DNA of 64,000 nt from Clostridiales bacterium (lineage in GTDB: Bacteria; Bacillota; Clostridia; Peptostreptococcales; Anaerovoracaceae), in assembly GCA_015058155.1 (NCBI GenBank), contig SVCW01000006.1:14408-78407 (forward strand), read 5' to 3'. The notes beneath the pieces are model-generated. The model saw nothing but the letters and a program-made list of their open reading frames with translations, ran no database searches and had not been told where the DNA came from. Shown here in pieces: positions 47,202-56,326 of the stretch; position 1 is the stretch's first letter; the number at the start of each line of letters is the position of its first letter. The translations under genes and the position numbers were made by a program.

Positions 47202-48518
47202 CTAATCACCTGTTTTTTCAATGAGTCTTTTCATAACTTTGAAAATACCCGCCTTTTTCACATCTTCTTCTGCTACTAAATCATATCTCTGGATTTCATT
47301 TTCACCCTGCTTTATTATGAGTTCTCCCATCTTATCACCTTTTTCAAGCGGTATTTTTATATCATCGTAAATCGTCACTTCATGAGTTATGCTATCCTTA
47401 TTTCCCTTTTTTACAAGAAGCTGAATATCTGATTCCGTTACGGCTGAAACTTTTTCAGGGCTTCCTTTTATTGATTCAAATTCACCCATTATTTCGCCAT
47501 TTTCCGCAATCTTTACTGTTTCATAATTGGCAAATCCGTAATCAAGAAGTTTTGATATTTCCTGAAGTCTTATATTGCTCGTTTCACATCCAAGAACTAC
47601 AGCAATAAGTTTCGTGTCTTCACGTTGCGCTGCTCCCGAGAGACAGTATCCTGCATCACTTGTAAAACCTGTTTTAAGACCGATTGCACCCTGATACTGT
47701 TTGATAAGCTTATTAGTGTTTGTGAGTCCGAATTCCGTTTCCTTACCTGGAAGTCCGACATTTACAGTATCCTGCCATGTTGTAAACCAGTCATGTCCTT
47801 CTGTATGTTTTAAAAGTTCACGTGACATTATTGCTATATCTTTTGCTGAACTGTAATGATTGTCGGCTGGCAGACCGTTTGTGTTGACAAAATGAGTATG
47901 CTCCATACCGAGTTCCTCTGCTCTGCTATTCATGTTCTCTACAAAGATTTCGACTGATCCTGCCAGGTATTCAGCAACTGCAACACATCCGTCATTTGCA
48001 CTTACCATTGCAATCCCCTTCATCAGTTCTTCAAGTGTATGCACTTCTCCCGGTTCCATATACATCTGCGAACCACCCATACCTGCTGCATTTTCTGATA
48101 TTCTTACTTCATCGTTAAGTGTAACTTTGCCTTCTTCTACTGCCTCAAGTGCAAGAAGCATTGTCATTACCTTTGTAACAGAAGCCGGAGGCAACTCCTC
48201 GTTTTCATTGAATTTATAAAGAACCTCTCCCGTCCCTGCATCCATCAGAATCGCAGCCTTGGCATTTACCTGAAAAGGCGGAGCACCTTCTTGATTATCG
48301 CTTTGATTATCAGTCTCGCTGCCTGATACCGGTTCATCAAGGGAAACCTCCATGCTTTCTTCAATCAGCTGATAATTCCGATCAGATTCATCAGGTTCAA
48401 ACTGACTGATGCCTACATATCCTCCTCCAAGAAGAAGCAATACAGCCATGCAGCCTCCGATTATTTTATCAAGCTTCATTTTTTTTAATATCTTTATATA
48501 GTCACTTCTTTCAGGCAT
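47202..48518 (-). CDS. Serine-type D-Ala-D-Ala carboxypeptidase (PBP5/DacB-DacF-like)
   Basis: SxxK (SVTKVMT), SxN, KTG motifs; signal/TM N-terminus; C-terminal PBP5-C domain; GGGAGG RBS. Confidence 0.85.
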   Translation of the reverse strand: MPERSDYIKILKKMKLDKIIGGCMAVLLLLGGGYVGISQFEPDESDRNYQLIEESMEVSLDEPVSGSETDNQSDNQEGAPPFQVNAKAAILMDAGTGEVLYKFNENEELPPASVTKVMTMLLALEAVEEGKVTLNDEVRISENAAGMGGSQMYMEPGEVHTLEELMKGIAMVSANDGCVAVAEYLAGSVEIFVENMNSRAEELGMEHTHFVNTNGLPADNHYSSAKDIAIMSRELLKHTEGHDWFTTWQDTVNVGLPGKETEFGLTNTNKLIKQYQGAIGLKTGFTSDAGYCLSGAAQREDTKLIAVVLGCETSNIRLQEISKLLDYGFANYETVKIAENGEIMGEFESIKGSPEKVSAVTESDIQLLVKKGNKDSITHEVTIYDDIKIPLEKGDKMGELIIKQGENEIQRYDLVAEEDVKKAGIFKVMKRLIEKTGD

Positions 48519-48582
48519 AAGAAAACCTCCCGTCTATATCTCTTTTATAAAGATATTAAAACCGGGAGGTCTTTATTCTCTT

Positions 48583-48780
48583 TTATTCTATGTCGAGCTC
48601 TATAGGTTCATCGATAGTATCCGACACATACTTTCCGTTCTTTTTTCTTTGTTTCACACATTCAGTAAGCAAATACTCAATCTGCCCGTTGATCGATCTG
48701 AAATCATCTTCTGCCCACGCTGCAATCGCATCATATAATTTTGCCGATACTCTGAGCGGTATCTGTTTCTTTTCTGCCAT
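48583..48780 (-). CDS. Arc/MetJ-type ribbon-helix-helix DNA-binding protein
   Basis: MAEKKQIPLRVSAKLYDAIAAWAEDDFRSINGQIEYLL, RHH fold; start moved to MAEKK with AGGAG RBS 8 nt upstream. Confidence 0.6.
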   Translation of the reverse strand: MAEKKQIPLRVSAKLYDAIAAWAEDDFRSINGQIEYLLTECVKQRKKNGKYVSDTIDEPIELDIE

Positions 48781-48802
48781 TTGTAAAACTCCTGAAAAAG
48801 TA

Positions 48803-49825
48803 TTAGTAGAGAGAACCTGAGTTAATAACAGGCTGAGCATCGTTATTACCACAAAGAACTACGAGTAAGTTAGAAACCATTGCAGCCTTTCTTTCTTCGT
48901 CAAGTTCTACAACATTCTTTTCACTAAGCTGCTGAAGCGCCATTTCTACCATGCCTACAGCTCCGTCAACAATCATCTTTCTTGCATCGATAATTGCTGA
49001 AGCCTGCTGTCTCTGAAGCATAACTGCAGCGATTTCAGGCGCATAAGCGAGGTATGTGATTCTTGCTTCAATAATTTCGAGACCTGCATCATCAACCTTG
49101 CTCTGGATTTCTTCCTTGATTCTTGATGCAACTACTTCACTTGAACCACGGAGGCTTCCTTCATCAGGACAACCATCACCTGTTGTGTCAATATCAGGTG
49201 CCACATCATAAGGATAAAGTCTTACAATATTTCTTAAAGCACTGTCACACTGAAGTGAAAGATACTCTTTATAGTTATCTACATTGAAAACTGCTGCCGC
49301 AGTATCAACTACTCTCCATGTTACTGCAATACCGATTTCTACAGGATTACCAAGAGCATCATTGATCTTCTGACGACTGTTGCTGAGTGTCATAACCTTA
49401 AGCGATACTTTCTTTCCTTCGTTTACAGTCTTTGTATTCTTTGAATTTATTGCATCCATTATCGCATGACCGGAACTGTCGATATCACCGCTCTGGCTGA
49501 GTCTTGTCTTTGCAGCAGGATTTACTGCCTGACAGAATGGATTTACAAAATAAAAACCTTCTTCTTTAATTGAACCCTTATACTTACCGAAAAGTGTAAG
49601 AACGAGAGCTTCCTGCGGCTTTACTATCTTAAGTCCGAGTAATAAGATCCAGCCGAGTGCCATCCATAATACACCAAGGAACATCATGATTCCGCCAAGA
49701 AATCCGAACCACCAGAGTACTGATGCCCCTACTGTTACAGTGAGGAAAGCAATTACATACGATACGATGATAAGAATAAGCATCATCATACCGTTTTTTC
49801 TGTTTGTTAAAATCTTTTCCTGCAT
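48803..49825 (-). CDS. SPFH/band-7 domain membrane protein
   Basis: Two N-terminal TM helices, then SPFH domain; 340 aa. Confidence 0.8.
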   Translation of the reverse strand: MQEKILTNRKNGMMMLILIIVSYVIAFLTVTVGASVLWWFGFLGGIMMFLGVLWMALGWILLLGLKIVKPQEALVLTLFGKYKGSIKEEGFYFVNPFCQAVNPAAKTRLSQSGDIDSSGHAIMDAINSKNTKTVNEGKKVSLKVMTLSNSRQKINDALGNPVEIGIAVTWRVVDTAAAVFNVDNYKEYLSLQCDSALRNIVRLYPYDVAPDIDTTGDGCPDEGSLRGSSEVVASRIKEEIQSKVDDAGLEIIEARITYLAYAPEIAAVMLQRQQASAIIDARKMIVDGAVGMVEMALQQLSEKNVVELDEERKAAMVSNLLVVLCGNNDAQPVINSGSLY

Positions 49826-49934
49826 ATATTAAACCCCCTTAAATTATGCGCATTACAAGTACGCTCCTTAATCTGATATCAATATGATATCATTTTAAAA
49901 CAACTCTGTCAAGCAAGGCGCAGTATTTTTTGCA

Positions 49935-49995
49935 AATTACGCGAAAAGCGGCAATGTGAGGCACGGAGCTTACTTGACGTAAGTGAGTACCGAAC
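49935..49995 (-). terminator. Long stem-loop terminator downstream of folD
   Basis: Minus strand GCGGCAATGTTCGGTACTCACTTACGTCAAGTAAGCTCCGTGCCTCACATTGCCGC, then TTTTCGCG. Confidence 0.5.
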
Positions 49996-50037
49996 ATTGC
50001 CGCTTGACAAAGTAATTTGTAAAAAAGACAAGCCGTA

Positions 50038-50883
50038 TTATCTTTCGGCGGATTCAATAACATGCTTCATCAACATTGCAGTCGTTACCATTCCTACTCC
50101 ACCCGGTACAGGTGTAATGGCGGCTACTCCGACACTCTGTGCTGCTTCCATGTCTACATCGCCTGTCATGTTTCCTTCTTCATCGAAGTTGATTCCTACA
50201 TCTACAATAACCTGTCCTTCTCTTAAATACTGTTCACCGACAAACTTTCCTTTGCCGATGCATGCGATGAGGATATCGGCTTCCTTGCAAATCGCAGGTA
50301 AATCAGTTGTCTTGCTGTGACAGATTGTAACTGTAGCATTTTCAGCAAGAAGAAGCATTGATACAGGTTTTCCGATAACTGTACTTCTTCCAAGTACAAC
50401 TACTCTCTTGCCTGCAAGTTCTACTCCGTAGAATTTGAGAAGTTCTACGCATCCTTCCGCAGTACAAGGTGCAAATCCTTTGCCTGTACCACTGTATACT
50501 GTAGCCATTGAGCCTGATGTAACACCGTCAACATCCTTTGCCGGAGTTAATCTCTTATGTACTTTTTCTGAATCGATATGTGCCGGCATAGGTTCAAAAA
50601 CGAGTATGCCATGAACTTTATCGTCAGCATTGAGATCTCCTATGAGATTTTCTACATCCTTCTGGTCGGCTGTTTCAGGAAGCATATGAACTTTTACAAC
50701 AACTCCTGCGCTTACAGCACGCTTCTTAAGACCTCTTTCATAAGCGAGATCATCTTCTCTTTCTCCCATTCTTACTACTGCGAGAAGCGGAACTATATCT
50801 TTTTCCTTAAGGGCATCGCTTCTTTTCTGAAGTTCCTCAATTATGCTGTCTATGTACGCTTTACCCTTTAATAATTCAGTCAT
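50038..50883 (-). CDS. folD: Bifunctional methylenetetrahydrofolate dehydrogenase / methenyl-THF cyclohydrolase
   Basis: 281 aa, characteristic FolD motifs (GRSTVIGKPV, PVPGGVGMVT). Confidence 0.95.
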   Translation of the reverse strand: MTELLKGKAYIDSIIEELQKRSDALKEKDIVPLLAVVRMGEREDDLAYERGLKKRAVSAGVVVKVHMLPETADQKDVENLIGDLNADDKVHGILVFEPMPAHIDSEKVHKRLTPAKDVDGVTSGSMATVYSGTGKGFAPCTAEGCVELLKFYGVELAGKRVVVLGRSTVIGKPVSMLLLAENATVTICHSKTTDLPAICKEADILIACIGKGKFVGEQYLREGQVIVDVGINFDEEGNMTGDVDMEAAQSVGVAAITPVPGGVGMVTTAMLMKHVIESAER

Positions 50884-51580
50884 TACTATTATCCCCTCTG
50901 TATTTCTTCATCATTTCTGTAAAAAGCTCTGCAGTTGATGGTGGTGTGTAGCTTATACAATTTGCACCTGCATCAACTGTTGCCTTTATACTTTCAGGAG
51001 TAGGTCCTCCTGTTGCTATTACAGGTACGCCTGGGAACTTCTCCTTGATTTTCTTTACAAGTTCCGGTGTTTTAGCAGCCGCCGATACATTGAGAATCGA
51101 AGCTCCGGCATCAAGTATCGCCTGTATGTCTGCATTTTCACTCACAACGGTTGCAATTATAGGAATATCTATGAATTCTTTAACTGTGGATATGTTATCT
51201 ACCGGGAACGGTGCATTTACAACTACACCAAAAGCGCCCTGTGCTTCAGCATCCTGCGCCATATGGGCAGATCTCATTCCTGCAGTAGTCCCTCCTCCTA
51301 TTCCGCAGAAAACAGGTATCGGAGCCGCCATAATTATAGCATGCGAGATTGCCTGCTGCGGTGTAAAAGGATACACAGCAAGAACTGCGTCTGCGTTGCA
51401 GTTTCTGATAATTGCAATGTCTGTCGTAAAAATAACTGATTTGATTCTTCTTCCATTGATGACAATGCCGCTTACTTTGTAGATTTCTTCCGGCATTTTG
51501 ATTGAGTGTGTTCTGAGAGCCCCTGTGAAGCTAGGTAATTCCGGTCTGTTGGCTTCTTTGATGTTTTCATTATTTGCCAT
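50876..51580 (-). CDS. Hypothetical protein, probable (beta/alpha)8-barrel with C-terminal glycine-rich phosphate-binding motif
   Basis: 234 aa; VPVIATGGPTPESIKATVDAGANCISY and GIGGGTTAG resemble GlpP/ThiE-like barrels; overlaps the folD start by 8 nt, in the pdp–deoB operon. Confidence 0.4.
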   Translation of the reverse strand: MANNENIKEANRPELPSFTGALRTHSIKMPEEIYKVSGIVINGRRIKSVIFTTDIAIIRNCNADAVLAVYPFTPQQAISHAIIMAAPIPVFCGIGGGTTAGMRSAHMAQDAEAQGAFGVVVNAPFPVDNISTVKEFIDIPIIATVVSENADIQAILDAGASILNVSAAAKTPELVKKIKEKFPGVPVIATGGPTPESIKATVDAGANCISYTPPSTAELFTEMMKKYRGDNSND

Positions 51581-51637
51581 AGAATTTCCTCCTAATTTTT
51601 AATCCCCTAAAATAACTATCAATACCCATTTAGTTTT

Positions 51638-52945
51638 TTAAAGACCGATAGTCTTCTTTATAAGCGGCTGCTTTTCAGGCATTTCGTCACTTATAACGAA
51701 TGCTTCTTTGAGAGATGCTGCCGCTGCTTTAACCTTTGCAATGTTATTTCCGTATACCATCGCAAGGTAATCGCCTCTTCTTACTTCGTCACCAGGTTTC
51801 TTTCCGAGATAAATACCTGCTGCCATGTCTATTTCTTCTTCCTTTGTCGCTCTTCCTGCTCCGGCCTGCTGTGATGCAAGACCTGTCTTTTCAGCAAACA
51901 GGTTTGCAACATAACCATCACGGTCAGCTTCAACAGGAACACTGAATGTAGCTTCCGGAAGCAAAGTGTAATCATCTACAATATCAGGATTACCACCCTG
52001 TGCCTTTACAAACTCTCTGAATTTTTCAAGAGCCTGTCCGTTTTCAATCGCAACTTCGGCCATCTTCTTTCCTTCTTCAAAAGAATCAGCCTTACCGCCA
52101 AGGTAAATCATGCCGCCGGCAAGTACCATTGCAATTTCAACGAGATCCTTAGGTCCGTATCCTTTGAGAGTTTCCATAACTTCAATAATTTCAAGGCTGT
52201 TTCCTACGGCATATCCGAGTGGTGATCCCATGTCTGAGATTATAGCTGCCATACGTTTTCCGGCCATAGTACCTACCTTTACCATGAGGGCTGCAAGTTC
52301 TGACGCAGCTTCTTCAGTTTTCATGAATGAACCATCGCCACACTTGACATCAAGAAGAATAGCATCGCTTCCTGAAGCAAGCTTCTTACTCATAATACTT
52401 GAAGTTATAAGTCCCACATTTCCAACAGTCGCAGTTACATCACGAAGTGCATAAAGCTTTTTGTCAGCTGGTGCTACTTCTGAAGTCTGTCCGATAATAG
52501 CAATACCTGTGTCTTTCACCTGATTCATAAAATCTTCCTGTGAAAGTGATGTCCTGAAACCAGGAATTGATTCCATCTTATCGACTGTACCACCTGTAAA
52601 TCCGAGACCTCGTCCGCTCATCTTGGCAATCGGTACTCCGTATGAAGCAGCAATCGGAGCAATGATGAGTGATGTTTTGTCACCAACTCCGCCTGTAGAA
52701 TGCTTGTCCACTTTGATTCCAGGTATATCAGAAAGATCATTTACTTCTCCTGAATATCTCATGGCGTCAGTAAGTACAAATATTTCTTCTTCATCAAGTC
52801 CTCTGATATAAATCGCCATAAGAAGTGCTGATGCCTGATAATCAGGAATATCGCCTCTTGTGTATCCATTTACGAAAAATCTGATTTCTTCTTCTGTAAG
52901 TTTGTAACCGTCTCTTTTCTTAGCAATAATACCATTCATGTTCAT
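51638..52945 (-). CDS. pdp: Pyrimidine-nucleoside (thymidine) phosphorylase
   Basis: MNGIIAKKRDG… glycosyl-transferase family 3 fold plus PYNP C-terminal domain; the ORF-track start is GTG; Met9 chosen, which is the first ATG downstream of an AAAGGA motif. Confidence 0.9.
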   Translation of the reverse strand: MNMNGIIAKKRDGYKLTEEEIRFFVNGYTRGDIPDYQASALLMAIYIRGLDEEEIFVLTDAMRYSGEVNDLSDIPGIKVDKHSTGGVGDKTSLIIAPIAASYGVPIAKMSGRGLGFTGGTVDKMESIPGFRTSLSQEDFMNQVKDTGIAIIGQTSEVAPADKKLYALRDVTATVGNVGLITSSIMSKKLASGSDAILLDVKCGDGSFMKTEEAASELAALMVKVGTMAGKRMAAIISDMGSPLGYAVGNSLEIIEVMETLKGYGPKDLVEIAMVLAGGMIYLGGKADSFEEGKKMAEVAIENGQALEKFREFVKAQGGNPDIVDDYTLLPEATFSVPVEADRDGYVANLFAEKTGLASQQAGAGRATKEEEIDMAAGIYLGKKPGDEVRRGDYLAMVYGNNIAKVKAAAASLKEAFVISDEMPEKQPLIKKTIGL

Positions 52946-52972
52946 GGTAAAAGTTCCTTTCGTAATCACTAG

Positions 52973-54172
52973 CTATTTTAATATTTTTCCGGCAAAACTT
53001 TCGCCTATTGGAGTAGGATCCACTCCCAGAAGTTCTGCAATCGTTGCTCCTACATCAGCAAAAGACTTTCGAGTGCCGAGGTTAAGTTCTTCAATTCCAA
53101 GTCCTTCGAGTGCCTTACCGTATGCAATAAACGGAACGTGTTCTCTCGTATGGTCTGTACCTGTATGAGCAGGATCGTTTCCGTGGTCTGCGCATATCAT
53201 AAGTAAATCATCATCTTTGAGAGATGCAAGTATTTCAGGAATTCTGGCATCGAACTCTTCGATTGCCGTACCGTAGCCTTCAGGATCTCTTCTGTGACCG
53301 AACTTCGAGTCAAAATCCACAAGGTTTGTAAATATCAATCCTTCAAAGTCCTTATTTATCGCTTCGATTGTCTTATCTACTCCGTCCATATTGTTATCAG
53401 TATGAACTGCTTCAGTAACACCTTGTCCGTCAAAGATATCACTTATTTTTCCTACTGCATATACAACCTTTCCCGCATTCTTTACATTGTCAAGAAGTGT
53501 AGGTTCAGGTGGCGAAACAGCATAGTCCTTTCTGTCAGAAGTTCTTTCCCTCTTACCGTCCTTAATTACATAAGGTCTTGCAATTACTCTTCCACAGCTC
53601 ACATCACCTACAAGCATTTCTCTTGCGATTTCGCACATTTCATAGAGTCTTTCAAGAGGAATAACGTCTACGTTTGCAGCAATCTGAAATACACTGTCTG
53701 CAGAAGTATATACAATCGGATAACCTGTTCTTTCGTGTTCAGGACCGAGATTTTCGATAATTTCAGTCCCCGATGCAGGATAGTTTGCGAGTGTCTTAGT
53801 ACCTATTCTTCTTTCATATTCTTCCATAAAATCCTTTGGAAAACCATCAGGATAAGTCTTGAAAGGAATATCAGTCAGAAGGCCTGCAATCTCCCAGTGA
53901 CCTGTAATCGTATCTTTTCCTCTTGAACGTTCTGCGAGTCTTCCTATAAGACCAGTGTGACTATCCTTTTTAAGCTTTGAAACGGCATCACCCATTCCTT
54001 CGATATTAGCAAGTCCGAGCTCAAGAAGATTCGGAATTTTAATATCCGGCATACTTTCAACAATATGGCCGAATGTATCTGCTCCCTTATCACCATAATC
54101 CGCAGCATCAGGCAGTTCTCCTATACCGAGGCTGTCAGTTATTATAAGTATTACTCTTTTTATGTCCTTCAT
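52973..54172 (-). CDS. deoB: Phosphopentomutase
   Basis: MKDIKRVILIITDSLGIGELPDAADYGDKGADTFGHI, alkaline-phosphatase superfamily; 399 aa. Confidence 0.93.
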   Translation of the reverse strand: MKDIKRVILIITDSLGIGELPDAADYGDKGADTFGHIVESMPDIKIPNLLELGLANIEGMGDAVSKLKKDSHTGLIGRLAERSRGKDTITGHWEIAGLLTDIPFKTYPDGFPKDFMEEYERRIGTKTLANYPASGTEIIENLGPEHERTGYPIVYTSADSVFQIAANVDVIPLERLYEMCEIAREMLVGDVSCGRVIARPYVIKDGKRERTSDRKDYAVSPPEPTLLDNVKNAGKVVYAVGKISDIFDGQGVTEAVHTDNNMDGVDKTIEAINKDFEGLIFTNLVDFDSKFGHRRDPEGYGTAIEEFDARIPEILASLKDDDLLMICADHGNDPAHTGTDHTREHVPFIAYGKALEGLGIEELNLGTRKSFADVGATIAELLGVDPTPIGESFAGKILK

Positions 54173-54264
54173 TTTTTCACCTCTTTCCTTAAATTCTTAC
54201 TTTTCTACCCCTTTATAAGCTTTTCATAATCATATTTATGTAAAGCTAATATCTGTTTTTCAAA

Positions 54265-54963
54265 CTATTTTATTCTGATAAGCTGTCCGTCTGTATAATC
54301 CTGGGCCACAAGTTCATATCTGACCCCGTTAAATACTCCCTTAAGACCTCTTTTCCAGATTTCCTTTCCATGAAGATGACCATAAACAACATGCTCCACT
54401 TCATACTTTTCAAAAAGTTTTGTAAAGCCGGAAGGCTGCTGGTTTTCATTTGTAGGCGGATAATGAAGCGCTGCTATTATCCTGCCTTTGTATCCGAGAT
54501 CTTCTGCCTGCTTAAGTGACATTTCAAGTCTGAGAATCTCTCTTTCATATATTTTTGTATCGTCAGCCGAAAAATCATCAGTACCCGGACATATCCAGCC
54601 TCTTGAACCACAGATAGCATATCCTTCTGCTTCGTAACATGTGTTCTGAAGGAAATACATACTGTCGTACATCTTATTCAGCTTTCCGACGCCCGTCCAC
54701 CAGAGTTCATGATTGCCCTTTATCAGGACTTTTTTGCCCGGAAGTGCATCAATCCAGTCGAGATCCGGAATCGCTTCATTAAGCTTTAAGGCCCATGAGA
54801 TATCGCCTGCTATAATTACAGTATCTTCAGGCGTAACTTTCTGTTCCCAGTCTTCTTTTATTTTTTCGGCGTGATTAATCCATCGTCCTCCGTAAATATC
54901 CATCGGCTTATCAATTGTTTCATCAAAGCTGAGATGGAGATCGGCGATAGCATATATAGCCAT
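54265..54963 (-). CDS. Metallophosphoesterase (calcineurin-like)
   Basis: IADLHL, GDISW, GNHE motifs. Confidence 0.8.
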   Translation of the reverse strand: MAIYAIADLHLSFDETIDKPMDIYGGRWINHAEKIKEDWEQKVTPEDTVIIAGDISWALKLNEAIPDLDWIDALPGKKVLIKGNHELWWTGVGKLNKMYDSMYFLQNTCYEAEGYAICGSRGWICPGTDDFSADDTKIYEREILRLEMSLKQAEDLGYKGRIIAALHYPPTNENQQPSGFTKLFEKYEVEHVVYGHLHGKEIWKRGLKGVFNGVRYELVAQDYTDGQLIRIK

Positions 54964-54985
54964 AAACTATTCCTCTTTCTTAAGT

Positions 54986-56326
54986 CTAGTCAATATCATT
55001 ATCGTCATCGAGCATTACCATTTCCGGAATCTCGAGAATACTTCTCGATTCATGTTCCGGAAGGCTCTGTACATTTTTGAGCTTCTGCTTGATAACGTTT
55101 GTTCTTGTACCGATAAGTGTATCAAGTTCTTTGTTTGCCTGGTTGATTCTTTCCTGAGTCTTTGCAAGCACAGTTCCGAACTTATCAAATTCAGTCTTTA
55201 CAGCTCCGAGTACCTGCCATACTTCACTTGAATGTTTCTGGATTGCAAGCGTTTTGAATCCCATCTGAAGGCTGTTGAGAAGGGCTGCCATAGTAGTCGG
55301 CCCTGCAATATTAACCCTGTATTCGCGCTGGAGTGTTTCAATAAGACCAAGTCTTACTACTTCTGCATAAAGACCTTCAACCGGAAGGAACATAATTGCA
55401 AAATCTGTAGTGTCAGGCGGATAAATGTACTTATCCCTTATATCCTTTGCTTCGTTCTTGATAGTCTGGATAAGCACCTTTTCTGCAGCTTTTACAGCTT
55501 CGCGGTCGCCTTCTTCATAAGCATCCATGAGTTTGCTGTAGCTGTCCGCAGGGAACTTTGCGTCTATAGGAAGATATACAATACCTTCGTCATTACCAGG
55601 AAGTCTTATTGCAAATTCAACCCTGTCACTGCTTCCCTTCTTTGTTGCAACATTTTCATCATACTGCTCCTGTGTGAGAATCTGCTCAAGTATTGCTGAA
55701 AGCTGGATTTCTCCGAGGATACCCCTTGTTTTTACATTTGAAAGAACTTTTTTAAGATCTCCTACTCCTGATGCAAGATTCTGCATTTCACCAAGACCCT
55801 TGTATACTGCTTCAAGTCTCTCTGATACGAGATTGAAAGACTGTGTGATTCTGTCTTCAAGTGTTTTCTGAAGCTTTTCATCGACAGTATCACGCATCTT
55901 TTCAAGCTGCTTGTTGTTGTCTTCAGTAAGAGCATTGATTCTGCTCTCCATTGTCTTTCTGATATTTTCAAGACGCTGCTCGTTTTCAACATTCATGTTT
56001 GAAAGCTGGCGCTGCATTTCCTGAAGTCTCTTATCCTGATTGTCTGCGGAATCCTTCTGTGTAGTGTTCAGAAGTTCTCCGAAAAGCTTGAAACTTGCCT
56101 GCATTGCCTGGTTTGTTTCTGCCCTTGAAGATTTGATTTCATTATCGAGTTCAAACTTTATGTCACGAAGTTCCTTTGACATGCTTTCAAACTTCTGGTC
56201 ATACTCACCTTTAAGTGCTGCATCATTTCTATTAAGAGAATTTCTGATCATCAGCACTGCGATAATGATGAGTACCAATACTACTGCTGATATTCCTGCT
56301 ATTAAAAATAATAAAATGTTTTCCAT
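54986..56326 (-). CDS. rmuC: DNA recombination protein RmuC
   Basis: N-terminal TM, long coiled coil, conserved RmuC C-terminal domain (IVYLPIDAKFP…FAIMFLPVEGL). Confidence 0.85.
   Translation of the reverse strand: MENILLFLIAGISAVVLVLIIIAVLMIRNSLNRNDAALKGEYDQKFESMSKELRDIKFELDNEIKSSRAETNQAMQASFKLFGELLNTTQKDSADNQDKRLQEMQRQLSNMNVENEQRLENIRKTMESRINALTEDNNKQLEKMRDTVDEKLQKTLEDRITQSFNLVSERLEAVYKGLGEMQNLASGVGDLKKVLSNVKTRGILGEIQLSAILEQILTQEQYDENVATKKGSSDRVEFAIRLPGNDEGIVYLPIDAKFPADSYSKLMDAYEEGDREAVKAAEKVLIQTIKNEAKDIRDKYIYPPDTTDFAIMFLPVEGLYAEVVRLGLIETLQREYRVNIAGPTTMAALLNSLQMGFKTLAIQKHSSEVWQVLGAVKTEFDKFGTVLAKTQERINQANKELDTLIGTRTNVIKQKLKNVQSLPEHESRSILEIPEMVMLDDDNDID

Noticed and set aside
49997-50320. 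107-aa plus-strand ORF
   Set aside because: Antisense to folD. Its 5' part is the folD terminator hairpin.
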